IMG/VR virus record: IMGVR_UViG_3300021961_000025
Reading direction: 5' to 3' (one strand)
Source of the DNA: a virus
Length of the DNA: 64,000 nt
Shown: piece after piece, positions 7,630 through 16,567 of the stretch
How the letters are laid out: each line of letters begins with the position of its first letter
Numbering within the stretch: position 1 is the first letter of the stretch
Notes under the pieces: model-generated
Seen by the model: the letters and a program-made list of their open reading frames with translations, nothing else
Database searches by the model: none
What the model was told of the DNA's origin: nothing
Position numbers and translations under genes: made by a program

Positions 7630-8246
7630 TGAATGGTTATGAAGTATACAAATTACACCTACGTATTAAACTGCATTATCGGAACTACTCCTTTGATGCC
7701 TTTACGACAAATGTAGGGAGAAAACCTTATGCTAGTTACACGCAACGAAATGATATGGGTTTATATGAAAAACTTGGTAAAAGATTTAAGACACCATTTG
7801 AATGTATTGAGTATTTCGTTTCCAATTTATCTTATGGAAATGATAGCGTACTCTATACTGGTAGTGTCGGTGATGATTACTGGAAGTCTTGGTTAAAATA
7901 CAAGGAATCATTATCTCAAAGTTTCCAAAACGATCTCGATGTAATTACATTACATTGTGAAAAGAATCGAAAAGAGATTACTTCTCTATTTGATTTTGAG
8001 GAAAAGGGAATACCAGAAGTGTTTAAACTGTTACTTGGACGAAAGGTAGCAGTGCAAAGTTTGGTAATCCTTAACAGTTACAGACCATTCTTTGATAACT
8101 GGAAGTCTAGCGATATCATCTTTGAAGATGATGCTAAACGAGTTGTCAAAACAAGTGGCTTTGTAAAATTCCCTAGTGCAAAGCTGGGAAAAGGTTTCGA
8201 TATTTTTCGTCGTGATTTATCGGAACTAAATATTATGGGTATGTGA
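7629..8246 (+). CDS. gp59: Helicase loader gp59
   Basis: YEVYKLHLRIKLHY...RND...EKLGK; lies between gp33 and gp32. Confidence 0.82.
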   Translation: MNGYEVYKLHLRIKLHYRNYSFDAFTTNVGRKPYASYTQRNDMGLYEKLGKRFKTPFECIEYFVSNLSYGNDSVLYTGSVGDDYWKSWLKYKESLSQSFQNDLDVITLHCEKNRKEITSLFDFEEKGIPEVFKLLLGRKVAVQSLVILNSYRPFFDNWKSSDIIFEDDAKRVVKTSGFVKFPSAKLGKGFDIFRRDLSELNIMGM

Positions 8247-8247
8247 T

Positions 8248-8276
8248 TTGCTTTGCAAGAAACATACTAATATAAT
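8248..8276 (+). promoter_or_regulatory. Sigma70-type promoter for gp32 (late box CTAAATA also at 8226-8232)
   Basis: TTGCTT-17-TATAAT. Confidence 0.7.
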
Positions 8277-8311
8277 AACAACATACGACATATTAACATA
8301 CGGAGAAACAT

Positions 8312-9232
8312 ATGGATATTAATACACTTAAGAAACTTCGCAATGATGACTTCAGCAAAATTGCTGGCGAATTCGAAAAACTTGCGAACCCTCAAGCAAC
8401 ACAATCCCAAAACTCAAACGAAGATACTAGATTCTGGAGACTTGATCCAGATAAAGCTGGTAATGCAACTGCAGTAATTCGTTTCCTACCTCGAGTTGAG
8501 GGTGACGAACTACCATGGGTACGAGTATTTTCTCATGGATTCCAAGGACCAACTGGTAAGTGGTACATTGAAAACTCATTGACTACTATCGGTGGAAAAG
8601 ATCCTGTCGGAGAATTAAATTCAAAACTATGGAACTCTGGTATTGAAGCAAATAAAGAGATCGCTCGAAAACAAAAGAGACGTCTTGGTTATATTGCTAA
8701 CGTACTAGTGATTTCAGATCCTAAACATCCAGAAAACGAAGGACAAGTAAAACTGTTCAAGTTTGGTAAGAAAATCTTTGATAAGATTATGGACAAAGCA
8801 CGTCCAACTTTCGAAGATGAAAAGCCAGTAAACGTTTTCGATCTTTGGGAAGGTGCTGACTTTAAAATCAGAATGCGTAAAGTAGATGGTTATTCTAACT
8901 ATGATCAGTCTGCGTTTATGGAACCTGCTGCATTACACAGTGGTGAAGAATCTGCACTATTGGAAGTTGTAGGAAAACAACATAAACTTTCTGAATTTGT
9001 CTCACCTGATAAGTTCAAATCTTTCGAAGAACTTCAAAAACGTCTTAACGATGTGTTAAGTGGTGAGTCGGCTCCAAGCACTAAACGTGCTGCAGATATG
9101 GATGACGAACCAGTAGCTGTCGCTAAACCTGCACCGAGCAAACCTGCTCCTGCTTTGGCAACAAAGAATGCAGATTCTGACGATGACGCTGACGTGATGT
9201 CTTACTTCCAGAAAATTGCTGAAGCAGAATAA
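8312..9232 (+). CDS. gp32: Single-stranded DNA-binding protein gp32
   Basis: DTRFW..DKAGN..AVIRFLP, HGFQGPTGKWYIENS, FKFGKKIFDKI, NYDQS, acidic C-terminal tail. Confidence 0.97.
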   Translation: MDINTLKKLRNDDFSKIAGEFEKLANPQATQSQNSNEDTRFWRLDPDKAGNATAVIRFLPRVEGDELPWVRVFSHGFQGPTGKWYIENSLTTIGGKDPVGELNSKLWNSGIEANKEIARKQKRRLGYIANVLVISDPKHPENEGQVKLFKFGKKIFDKIMDKARPTFEDEKPVNVFDLWEGADFKIRMRKVDGYSNYDQSAFMEPAALHSGEESALLEVVGKQHKLSEFVSPDKFKSFEELQKRLNDVLSGESAPSTKRAADMDDEPVAVAKPAPSKPAPALATKNADSDDDADVMSYFQKIAEAE

Positions 9233-9260
9233 TCAGTAATAGACTTATCGTTATATAATT

Positions 9261-9291
9261 AAAGTGGGGGACTTTCGTCCCCCATTTTTTT
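9261..9291. terminator. Probably bidirectional Rho-independent terminator between convergent units
   Basis: AAAG-TGGGGGAC-TTTC-GTCCCCCA-TTTTTTT. Confidence 0.88.
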
Positions 9292-9475
9292 AATTTCTTC
9301 TTCTCCACCTTTTGTTCCATATCCAATTATTAAACTTACTGGCATATTTCTCGACTTTATTCCAAAACCAGCCGAAGATACCTCTATGCCAAAACCAATG
9401 ATCATATCGTTTGTGGTGGAATAAGAACTTCTTTTCCTTATTCATATTTTGCATTAACTCCCACATTGTCAGCAT
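9290..9475 (-). CDS. Small Trp-rich basic hypothetical protein
   Basis: Abuts the HAD gene stop and ends at the terminator; 8 Trp in 61 aa. Confidence 0.55.
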   Translation of the reverse strand: MLTMWELMQNMNKEKKFLFHHKRYDHWFWHRGIFGWFWNKVEKYASKFNNWIWNKRWRRRN

Positions 9476-10114
9476 TTATTGTTTTATCGTCCTAATAGAT
9501 CCATCTTCAAGTGCAAGATACGCACTGAATTGTATAGTAGGGAACATTCTTTTCATTTTCAAAAATTCTCTTAGATTATTCAAATCATCATCAATCATTC
9601 TTACTCGTGCATATCGCTTAGTCATTAAGTAAGCACGAATAATTAACATCTTCTTTATCGCAGGTACATCAATGTCGCCAATCATACCTGCTCTTTCAAC
9701 ACGAACTTTGTCGATGTCGAAACCATATTTCCTAAAAGTCGCTAAAAACTTATCACGATGATCGAAGTTATTTCGAGCAGTGATAATAATTACTCGGCTT
9801 AAAGGATTCTTAATACTGTTCGCTAGAATTGCTTTAGCTTTCGCCATCATCTTTGCAATTGGAACAGATTCTTTATAAAACTTAGCAGCATCTTTAAACT
9901 GCTTATAATCGTATACTTCACCTTGCTTCAGTTTGTAGCTATTATATTCAGAAGTCGATAACTCTCGAGTTACTTTTTGTAACTTCGTATCATAGACCGC
10001 AATTTTAGCCGTAGTACGAAATAAAGTATCATCAATATCAAAGACAGTAAGTCCACCATTTTGATATTCCTCCGATTCCTTCAAGAAACCTTTTAGTGAG
10101 AGCAATTTGGACAT
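9476..10114 (-). CDS. HAD-superfamily phosphatase/nucleotidase-like protein
   Basis: Motif I VFDIDDTL, motif II IITAR, Lys in AIKK, motif IV MIDDD. Confidence 0.82.
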   Translation of the reverse strand: MSKLLSLKGFLKESEEYQNGGLTVFDIDDTLFRTTAKIAVYDTKLQKVTRELSTSEYNSYKLKQGEVYDYKQFKDAAKFYKESVPIAKMMAKAKAILANSIKNPLSRVIIITARNNFDHRDKFLATFRKYGFDIDKVRVERAGMIGDIDVPAIKKMLIIRAYLMTKRYARVRMIDDDLNNLREFLKMKRMFPTIQFSAYLALEDGSIRTIKQ

Positions 10115-10116
10115 TA

Positions 10117-12024
10117 CTAAAATGCTCCCACGTATGCTCTACTGCTATTGTATTGACTACGTACAGTAGAATCAGTATTTCTTACAGGGATCGACACAGT
10201 ATTAACTGATGTCGATACATTGTTGTTAGAAGTAGGTGCAACGACTGTATTTACGTTACCACCTCCACCAGCAGATTCATCTCTTGCTGCTGATGTCATT
10301 GCTGAAGCATTAGTAACTATTGTTCCATCGGAATTCATATAGCCACCAGCTTGAACAAATGATGTCATTCTACGCCATGGAGCCTCACCGAGTGCATCCA
10401 TTGCTTTTTCTAATTTGTCTGCGTCAACGTCTGCGAAAGACGCCATTGATAAACCGAGTTGATCTAATCCTGCTGCTGCTGCTTGAATACCTGCACCAGC
10501 TTCACCAATCTTAATTAATTGTTCAACAGGAGTATCCTGTCCGAAAGAAAGTAATTTTGTAACTAGATTACCCAAGCCAGCAAGAACGTTACCTGCAGCA
10601 AACGCAACCATTGATGCACCAATTGCTGTAATACCTGCAGCAACAGCTAATAGATTACCACCATCAAGTTCTCCTAGTCTTTCTAGACCAGTAGTCATTG
10701 AGTTCATACCCTCGCCGATTGCTTGCATTGCTTCGCCGATAATCCAAAGAGCACCACCCATTAAGCCAAGAGCAACTGCACCAGCGATAATTAGTGGAGC
10801 AGCAGTACCTGCGATTGCACCAATAACACCCACACCTGCGAGAGTTAATAAACCTTTAGCAACAGTATCCCATCCGATACCTTCAAATGCTTCAAGTGCT
10901 TTACTTGCTAACCACATTACACCTGTAATTGCTGCAAGTCCTAATGCACCCATTAACATAGATCCAGATGCTTTACCTGCGATAACTCCAATAACAGCAA
11001 GTGCACCTATTGTACCTACACCTTTAGCTAGAGTTTCCCAATCTAGATCTTCAAAATTACTTAATGCTTTACTTACAATCCATAAAGCACCTGCGATACC
11101 GACTAAACCTAATGCACCTTTAAGCAATGATCCAGCCATACCACCGAAACCTTTAATTCCTTCTCCAATTTTACCCATAAGTCCACCACCACCTCCAGCA
11201 GCAGGTTGTGGATTTCCTGGAGTGCCACCTCCAGCAGATGCTCTAGTGTTGGCTTCAATTTTTTCTAGGATGTCATTTTGACTATCCATTTGACGAACAT
11301 TTTCCAAGTGCTGTTCTTTTTCTTCTGCACTTGGTGCTGGACCAACTTCTTCTCCAGTAGCACTATCTACCTTTTCAGGTTGAATAGTTGAGAAGTTTTG
11401 GTCTGTAGCAAACCTTGCACGAATGTCAGTATTACCGACAACTTGTAGCATTTCATCTCTGCTTGCTAAAAGTTTAGAACCTTGTTCTGTACGAGCAATT
11501 TGCTCTTCATTCATCCCAGCATCTTTAAAGTACTGGAGTTCTTTATTTGTTTTAGATAAATTTCTTCTTGCGTCGTAGTTCGCTCCAAAGTCTAAAGCGA
11601 GTTCTTCATTAGATTTGGTCGATCCTAATCTCTTTTGTTGTTCTACGAATTCTGATTTGGCAATTGATTTATTAAAGAGACCACCGAAGTTAAATGCTTT
11701 CATTAAACCTCGTCCTGGATTTTTAATAAAATCACCGAAAGGTTTTACGAATCCTTTAATGCCATCGACCATTCTTGCGATTGGACCACGAATCTCTTGT
11801 ATTCCGTCAGTCAAATCTTTAATCGCAGCAAGAGATTTCTCATCAAACTCGATTTGATCTTTTCTAAGTTTTAACATTTCAATGTTACTTCTTAGAAGTT
11901 TTTCGTCTAAAATCGATGCCTTTGATGCGATCTCTTTTACAGTTGTGGTTTTATTCTGTTCAAGAGCACGTGACTGCTCTAACAGAATAGTACCCATACC
12001 TGCGTTGTTTGGTTCGATAGCCAT
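10117..12024 (-). CDS. Tail tape measure protein (gp29-like position)
   Basis: Helical N-terminus, Gly/Ala-rich amphipathic repeats (W.T.AKG), C-terminal VVAPTSNNN typical of T4-like TMPs; follows gp26/gp51. Confidence 0.72.
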   Translation of the reverse strand: MAIEPNNAGMGTILLEQSRALEQNKTTTVKEIASKASILDEKLLRSNIEMLKLRKDQIEFDEKSLAAIKDLTDGIQEIRGPIARMVDGIKGFVKPFGDFIKNPGRGLMKAFNFGGLFNKSIAKSEFVEQQKRLGSTKSNEELALDFGANYDARRNLSKTNKELQYFKDAGMNEEQIARTEQGSKLLASRDEMLQVVGNTDIRARFATDQNFSTIQPEKVDSATGEEVGPAPSAEEKEQHLENVRQMDSQNDILEKIEANTRASAGGGTPGNPQPAAGGGGGLMGKIGEGIKGFGGMAGSLLKGALGLVGIAGALWIVSKALSNFEDLDWETLAKGVGTIGALAVIGVIAGKASGSMLMGALGLAAITGVMWLASKALEAFEGIGWDTVAKGLLTLAGVGVIGAIAGTAAPLIIAGAVALGLMGGALWIIGEAMQAIGEGMNSMTTGLERLGELDGGNLLAVAAGITAIGASMVAFAAGNVLAGLGNLVTKLLSFGQDTPVEQLIKIGEAGAGIQAAAAGLDQLGLSMASFADVDADKLEKAMDALGEAPWRRMTSFVQAGGYMNSDGTIVTNASAMTSAARDESAGGGGNVNTVVAPTSNNNVSTSVNTVSIPVRNTDSTVRSQYNSSRAYVGAF

Positions 12025-12033
12025 CTAATTACC

Positions 12034-12228
12034 TTATCGTTTTTTCATCTTTTGTTGTTCGTAACGTTGTTTTTCTTCCTCGAGATGTTTGACTAACATA
12101 TGCACATAAATCTCTCTCTCGAAAGGCATCATTTCTTCCACCTCAGTCAACGAATATTTATGATATTGCATCATTGCAAAGTTAGTCTTGTAATGATTCA
12201 TTAAAGACTCGTGGCTGAGGTTAATTAA
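12034..12228 (-). CDS. gp51: gp51-like baseplate hub assembly protein; open -1 frame from 12228, first ATG at 12201; absent from ORF track
   Basis: Manual translation LINLSHESLMNHYKTNFAMMQYHKYSLTEVEEMMPFEREIYVHMLVKHLEEEKQRYEQQKMKKR. Confidence 0.85.
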   Translation of the reverse strand, partial: LINLSHESLMNHYKTNFAMMQYHKYSLTEVEEMMPFEREIYVHMLVKHLEEEKQRYEQQKMKKR

Positions 12229-12962
12229 AAAAAACTTTGTAACCCTTCCAGCTTCGAGACGTTATGATGTTTACATACAGGACAATCGTACTCAACTGTC
12301 TTAGTTAACTTCGGCATAGTGTTGAAAAACTTTTGTAGTTTCGCAAACTGTTCAGAAGTTAAATTCTCTACGAATTGTAACAACTCTTCTTTTGTAGAAT
12401 CTTTAGAGTGGTATACTTCCTCGCCTTTATAAATTTGATCAATACTCTCAGCCATAATGCCGAAAATACTAGCGATCAACTCAGCGTTTTTACCATCTGT
12501 TTGTTTCTGAATACTAGTCAGAGCCTCAACTGATGGATACTTCATTACCACACCTACATCGTCAAACAAACTAATCTTGCTAGTATGTTCTAGATTCTTT
12601 TCTACTGTAATTCCTGTAATGTCGATGCTAACCTTTACTTTTGCTTTATCGTTATCTTTACACGATGGTTGCTGACAGCTAAAGATTAACTCAACTAATT
12701 CTCCTACTGACTTCGCACGAATTTGAGTAAACAAATACTCTAGATCGAACGTAGCTAGTTTTTCTGTATTTACATCCTTATCAATTATGCAATTTGTAAT
12801 TACATTCCTCAGAGTGTTGACCATAACTTTAGGATCTTCTGACTGCTGAGCAATAAGTAATGCTTTTTCATCTTTTACTAGAAAAGGACGGAACTTAACT
12901 TCCTTCTCTAAACTTGGTACAACTACGGTATACGTAGGAGTACTCGAAATAGGCAAAGCCAT
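12225..12962 (-). CDS. gp26: Baseplate hub assembly chaperone gp26
   Basis: MALP...FRPFLVKDEKALLIA, DLEYLFTQIRAKSVGE, FFNTMPKL, CxxC, GLQSFF. Confidence 0.92.
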   Translation of the reverse strand: MALPISSTPTYTVVVPSLEKEVKFRPFLVKDEKALLIAQQSEDPKVMVNTLRNVITNCIIDKDVNTEKLATFDLEYLFTQIRAKSVGELVELIFSCQQPSCKDNDKAKVKVSIDITGITVEKNLEHTSKISLFDDVGVVMKYPSVEALTSIQKQTDGKNAELIASIFGIMAESIDQIYKGEEVYHSKDSTKEELLQFVENLTSEQFAKLQKFFNTMPKLTKTVEYDCPVCKHHNVSKLEGLQSFF

Positions 12963-12965
12963 AAT

Positions 12966-13391
12966 TTATTCTCCTTTTAATTTACCAATCATTTTATTTA
13001 ATTCAGATGTAGATCCAACAAAGATTGCGTTGTTGGTTACACTTCTCGCATCAGATCCCTTGTCTTTTTTATCATCAAAGGATTGTCGTTGCTTATGTAA
13101 TTCCATTAATTGTTGGTTTACATCAGCTAGTTGCTTGATCATATTACCCACCACTTCAAATGCTCTTGGGTGTTCTGATTGTTTTGCAACTTCTAAAGCG
13201 TGAAGTAATGCTTCTTCACCCTTTTCTAGTAGATTGTGTAAATTACCACGACTGTCGTTATAATCACTATCAATCTTATCTAAATTCTTATCAACTGGAG
13301 CCACCTCACGTTTAGGCATTACTTCAATTGGATTCTCTATTGGTTTTTCTAAACCAAATGTTTCACTTAAATTATTATCTATTTTTGTCAT
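12966..13391 (-). CDS. gp16: Terminase small subunit gp16
   Basis: EHPRAFEVVGNMIK and TNNAIFVGSTSEL motifs. Confidence 0.9.
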   Translation of the reverse strand: MTKIDNNLSETFGLEKPIENPIEVMPKREVAPVDKNLDKIDSDYNDSRGNLHNLLEKGEEALLHALEVAKQSEHPRAFEVVGNMIKQLADVNQQLMELHKQRQSFDDKKDKGSDARSVTNNAIFVGSTSELNKMIGKLKGE

Positions 13392-13401
13392 TTTTTATAC
13401 C

Positions 13402-14253
13402 TTATGCACTAACGTCTAGTGGATTCGCTGCTGCCCATTGAGCCATAGGATCAGTTGTTGGTTCTTCTTGCCCCACTGGAGTTGCTGAAGAAATTGGATT
13501 ATTAAATTGGTTTTCTTGCTGTACTGCTAGATTATTAAAACTTTCTTGGTAGTTATCCCATGCATTCATATAATCATTCGGAACAGAAGTTGTCTGTGCA
13601 GTAATTTGTGATGCAACATCGCCAATTGAAGTAGAAAATATTGCTGCTTGTTCTATTTGTTCATTATTAGGTTTTCCGAAGAATGTTGTCGTAAAATATT
13701 TATATTGAATCGTTACGGAAATTTTTAATAGATCACGTGATGTACTATCTAACTGCATTGATGCAACTGTTTTTGGATATGCTTCGTGTAAAGTAATAGC
13801 ATAACGATGTAAATTTTGAACATCATATACGTGAATAGTAATAGGTGCGACATAGTCGTTGTAGTAACTCATGTGTCTTGTATACGGATCTTGAATTACG
13901 TTTAGCCATCCTTCCCAAAATCTACGAACATGCATTTGATTGTCAACAAAAAAAGTAAGAGTTACTGTATCAAACAATTTCTCGTATGGCATTTCACGAT
14001 ATTCGCCAAACGTTCTTGCTTGTGTTGATGCAAAGTTAAGTCCAGGAAGTTGGGCTGAATCACAAAATAAAAATAGATCACGAGTAGTGAAATCTGTATT
14101 AATAACACGACCACGTGATGGAGATCTTACAACTTCTAATGATCGTGGTGGAGTTATAACTACACCAAATCTATTTGCACGTGCTAGTCCTCCAGTTTTT
14201 ACCTTAGAGATAAAATCGGATAAATTTAATACTGGTGCTTCGTTAACTGACAT
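13402..14253 (-). CDS. gp54: Baseplate tail-tube initiator, gp54-like (tube fold)
   Basis: GLARANRF.V.I, CDSAQLPG, YYNDY, L.EAYPKTV; start coupled (TAATG) to the gp2 stop. Confidence 0.7.
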   Translation of the reverse strand: MSVNEAPVLNLSDFISKVKTGGLARANRFGVVITPPRSLEVVRSPSRGRVINTDFTTRDLFLFCDSAQLPGLNFASTQARTFGEYREMPYEKLFDTVTLTFFVDNQMHVRRFWEGWLNVIQDPYTRHMSYYNDYVAPITIHVYDVQNLHRYAITLHEAYPKTVASMQLDSTSRDLLKISVTIQYKYFTTTFFGKPNNEQIEQAAIFSTSIGDVASQITAQTTSVPNDYMNAWDNYQESFNNLAVQQENQFNNPISSATPVGQEEPTTDPMAQWAAANPLDVSA

Positions 14254-14852
14254 TATACTCTCCCAAAACTTTCTGCCCATACTGCTTGTTTGCTAGCACC
14301 TGTAAATCTTTCTACAGGTAACATCATCGCAGTAAACCACTGGCTTGCGTCTACTTCTAAAAATTGACTCTTAACGTGGCTAATTAAATACTTATGAACA
14401 CAAGGTTTGGCTAAAGCAAGTCTACTTGCTGATTTAACAGTTGCCCATTGAAACTTTAATCGAGTTGTTTGATCCATCTTTGTGTTTGTTGAATACGATA
14501 ATAAACGATCTAATAAACGAACACGAAGTATATAAGGCAAGTAATGCATATTTAACCCTATAAAACTATCTGCTGTTCTATCAAAAGGAAATACCAAAGG
14601 GAACTGATCCCAATAAGGAAGATCGTCCTTACCTTTTGCTTCATAAAAGAACATGTATAACTTTCCAGGCATTACACGATTCTTTAATTGTGCGTCTGAG
14701 CCACCTCCTGCTCGCATCAACTTATTAGGTTGAATACGTGCACGATTTAGTTCAACAGCTTGTTTGTTGAACCAACTTTGTGCTTTCTTTGCTATGTTTC
14801 GATCTTGCTGATACTTTGCAAAGACGTCTGATGCTGTTTGTGCTTTTGCCAT
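14253..14852 (-). CDS. gp2: DNA end protector protein gp2
   Basis: PGKLYMFFYEAKGKDDLPYWDQFPLVFP, GLNMHYLP, CVHKYL. Confidence 0.92.
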   Translation of the reverse strand: MAKAQTASDVFAKYQQDRNIAKKAQSWFNKQAVELNRARIQPNKLMRAGGGSDAQLKNRVMPGKLYMFFYEAKGKDDLPYWDQFPLVFPFDRTADSFIGLNMHYLPYILRVRLLDRLLSYSTNTKMDQTTRLKFQWATVKSASRLALAKPCVHKYLISHVKSQFLEVDASQWFTAMMLPVERFTGASKQAVWAESFGRV

Positions 14853-14869
14853 ATTATTATTTAGTTATC

Positions 14870-15307
14870 CTATGCTAATCCTAATTCGTTTTCTGTAAGA
14901 ACTATAAACTGATACCCTCTATCTTCAGCGTATTTACGAGCAAACTCCCATTTCGCTTGGTTTATTACGTAATCCTTTGCTTCATTTAGGTATCTAACAG
15001 TCCTTCTTCCAGGAAAAATAGGTGGTTTTGTTTGATTAAATGGTTTAATTTCTACTAAATAAGTCTTGAGTAGTCCATCTTTATCACGGACTTGTATTTG
15101 AAAGTCTACGAAATAACGATGTATACGATTGTCGATCGGTGACCGATAAGGTATAATCGTCTCTTCGGACTTCCAACTTATAACAGATGAGGTTCTGTCG
15201 CACCAGTTTGCAAATCTGGTCTCCCACGAACTTCGCATTATAATACTAGTAGGATCCCCTTTATATTTTTCAGGGAACATGGGTTTATATTTTCGTTTAT
15301 GATACAT
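14870..15307 (-). CDS. gp4: Head completion nuclease gp4
   Basis: KYKGDP..I.MRSSWE, WKSEE..IPYRSP.D..HRYFVDF, EIKP, NQAKW. Confidence 0.93.
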   Translation of the reverse strand: MYHKRKYKPMFPEKYKGDPTSIIMRSSWETRFANWCDRTSSVISWKSEETIIPYRSPIDNRIHRYFVDFQIQVRDKDGLLKTYLVEIKPFNQTKPPIFPGRRTVRYLNEAKDYVINQAKWEFARKYAEDRGYQFIVLTENELGLA

Positions 15308-15310
15308 CGC

Positions 15311-15378
15311 CTAAATAATCTATGTAGTTAAGAAAAAACAATTCGCATTCTATTTAGTTCATGCGTAAACATATTTAG
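15311..15378. promoter_or_regulatory. Opposed late promoters: CTAAATA on + at 15311-15317; CTAAATA on - at 15351-15357 and 15372-15378
   Basis: T4-type late boxes in the gp4/gp48 divergent gap. Confidence 0.7.
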
Positions 15379-15394
15379 TAGGAATAACTAACAA

Positions 15395-16567
15395 ATGGCA
15401 TTTCTAGATCCAATTTCAGACGCTAACATCGGCAATACCTCTTCAGGTAGTGCAGCAGAATCATATAAACCAGAGGAACATACGTATCCTTCGGATTTGC
15501 TAGGTGTAGGTGAAAATGGAGTTAATCAATATGGTAACAACTATGTTATGTTCTATATTAATGTTCAAGAAGATTCTAAGTTAGTTAGAGACAATCCTGG
15601 ATCTACAATTCCGAATGTAACAAGTCGAGTTGGTAGAGATCTAAATGGAAGAGGATATACGAATGCAGCAGTTATCGGAGCAAATACTGGCGCAAGTTTA
15701 ATAGCTGGTACTTTTATTGGTGATGCTTTAGGAGTTCGAGGTGGTGGACCAATTGGAGCAGCAATAGGATTTGGAACAAGTACTTATCTATCTGATATGA
15801 CTGCATCAGATGTTACAAATGGTTTAGACACTGCCAGTGCAGCAGCACAAAGAGAATTTAGTAAGCCACTTAAAAGACTTAAAACAGCAATCGCATTACA
15901 CTTACCAAATAACTGGGCTATTCGTTACGGTGTTAATTACGAAGATACCGATACAATGGGTGCACAAGCAATGATGGCAGGTGGTACTGCTCTTGTTAAT
16001 GCTGGGGTAAATACTGTCGGTGCATTTTCTGAGGGTGGTATAACTGGAGCAGCATCATCTCTTGGTAGAGATTTAGCTAGAGATCTTGGACCAATTGCAG
16101 CATCTGCAGGACTTGCAGCAAGTCCATTAGGAGATTCTTTATCTGCTCTTTCTGGTGTCGCATCAAACCCTAAAAAAGAACAAGTGTTCAAAGGTGTTGA
16201 TTTTAGATCATTCACTTTTGATTATCAGTTTTATCCTCGTGATTTAACAGAAACAGACAACGTTAAAAGAATTATAGACGAATTCAAGTACCATATGCAT
16301 CCTGAGTTTAAAGATGCTAGTGGTTTCTTATTTACTTATCCATCTGAATTTGATATTTACTATTATGCAGGTGGAAACGAAAACGATTATGTGCATAGAC
16401 ACACAGCTTGTGTATTAACATCAATGAACGTAAACTATTCTCCACAAGGACAGTTTACTTCTTTTGCTAATGGTGCACCTACTCAAATCAACTTAACGCT
16501 TGAGTTTAAAGAACTTACAATTATGACTAGAGAAACTTTAGCAGCAACTGGTGAGGTAGTTAAATAA
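15395..16567 (+). CDS. gp48: Baseplate tail-tube cap gp48
   Basis: NPKKEQVFKGVDFRSFTFDYQFYPR, IIDEFKYHMHP, CVLTSMNVNYSP, LTLEFKE. Confidence 0.88.
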   Translation: MAFLDPISDANIGNTSSGSAAESYKPEEHTYPSDLLGVGENGVNQYGNNYVMFYINVQEDSKLVRDNPGSTIPNVTSRVGRDLNGRGYTNAAVIGANTGASLIAGTFIGDALGVRGGGPIGAAIGFGTSTYLSDMTASDVTNGLDTASAAAQREFSKPLKRLKTAIALHLPNNWAIRYGVNYEDTDTMGAQAMMAGGTALVNAGVNTVGAFSEGGITGAASSLGRDLARDLGPIAASAGLAASPLGDSLSALSGVASNPKKEQVFKGVDFRSFTFDYQFYPRDLTETDNVKRIIDEFKYHMHPEFKDASGFLFTYPSEFDIYYYAGGNENDYVHRHTACVLTSMNVNYSPQGQFTSFANGAPTQINLTLEFKELTIMTRETLAATGEVVK

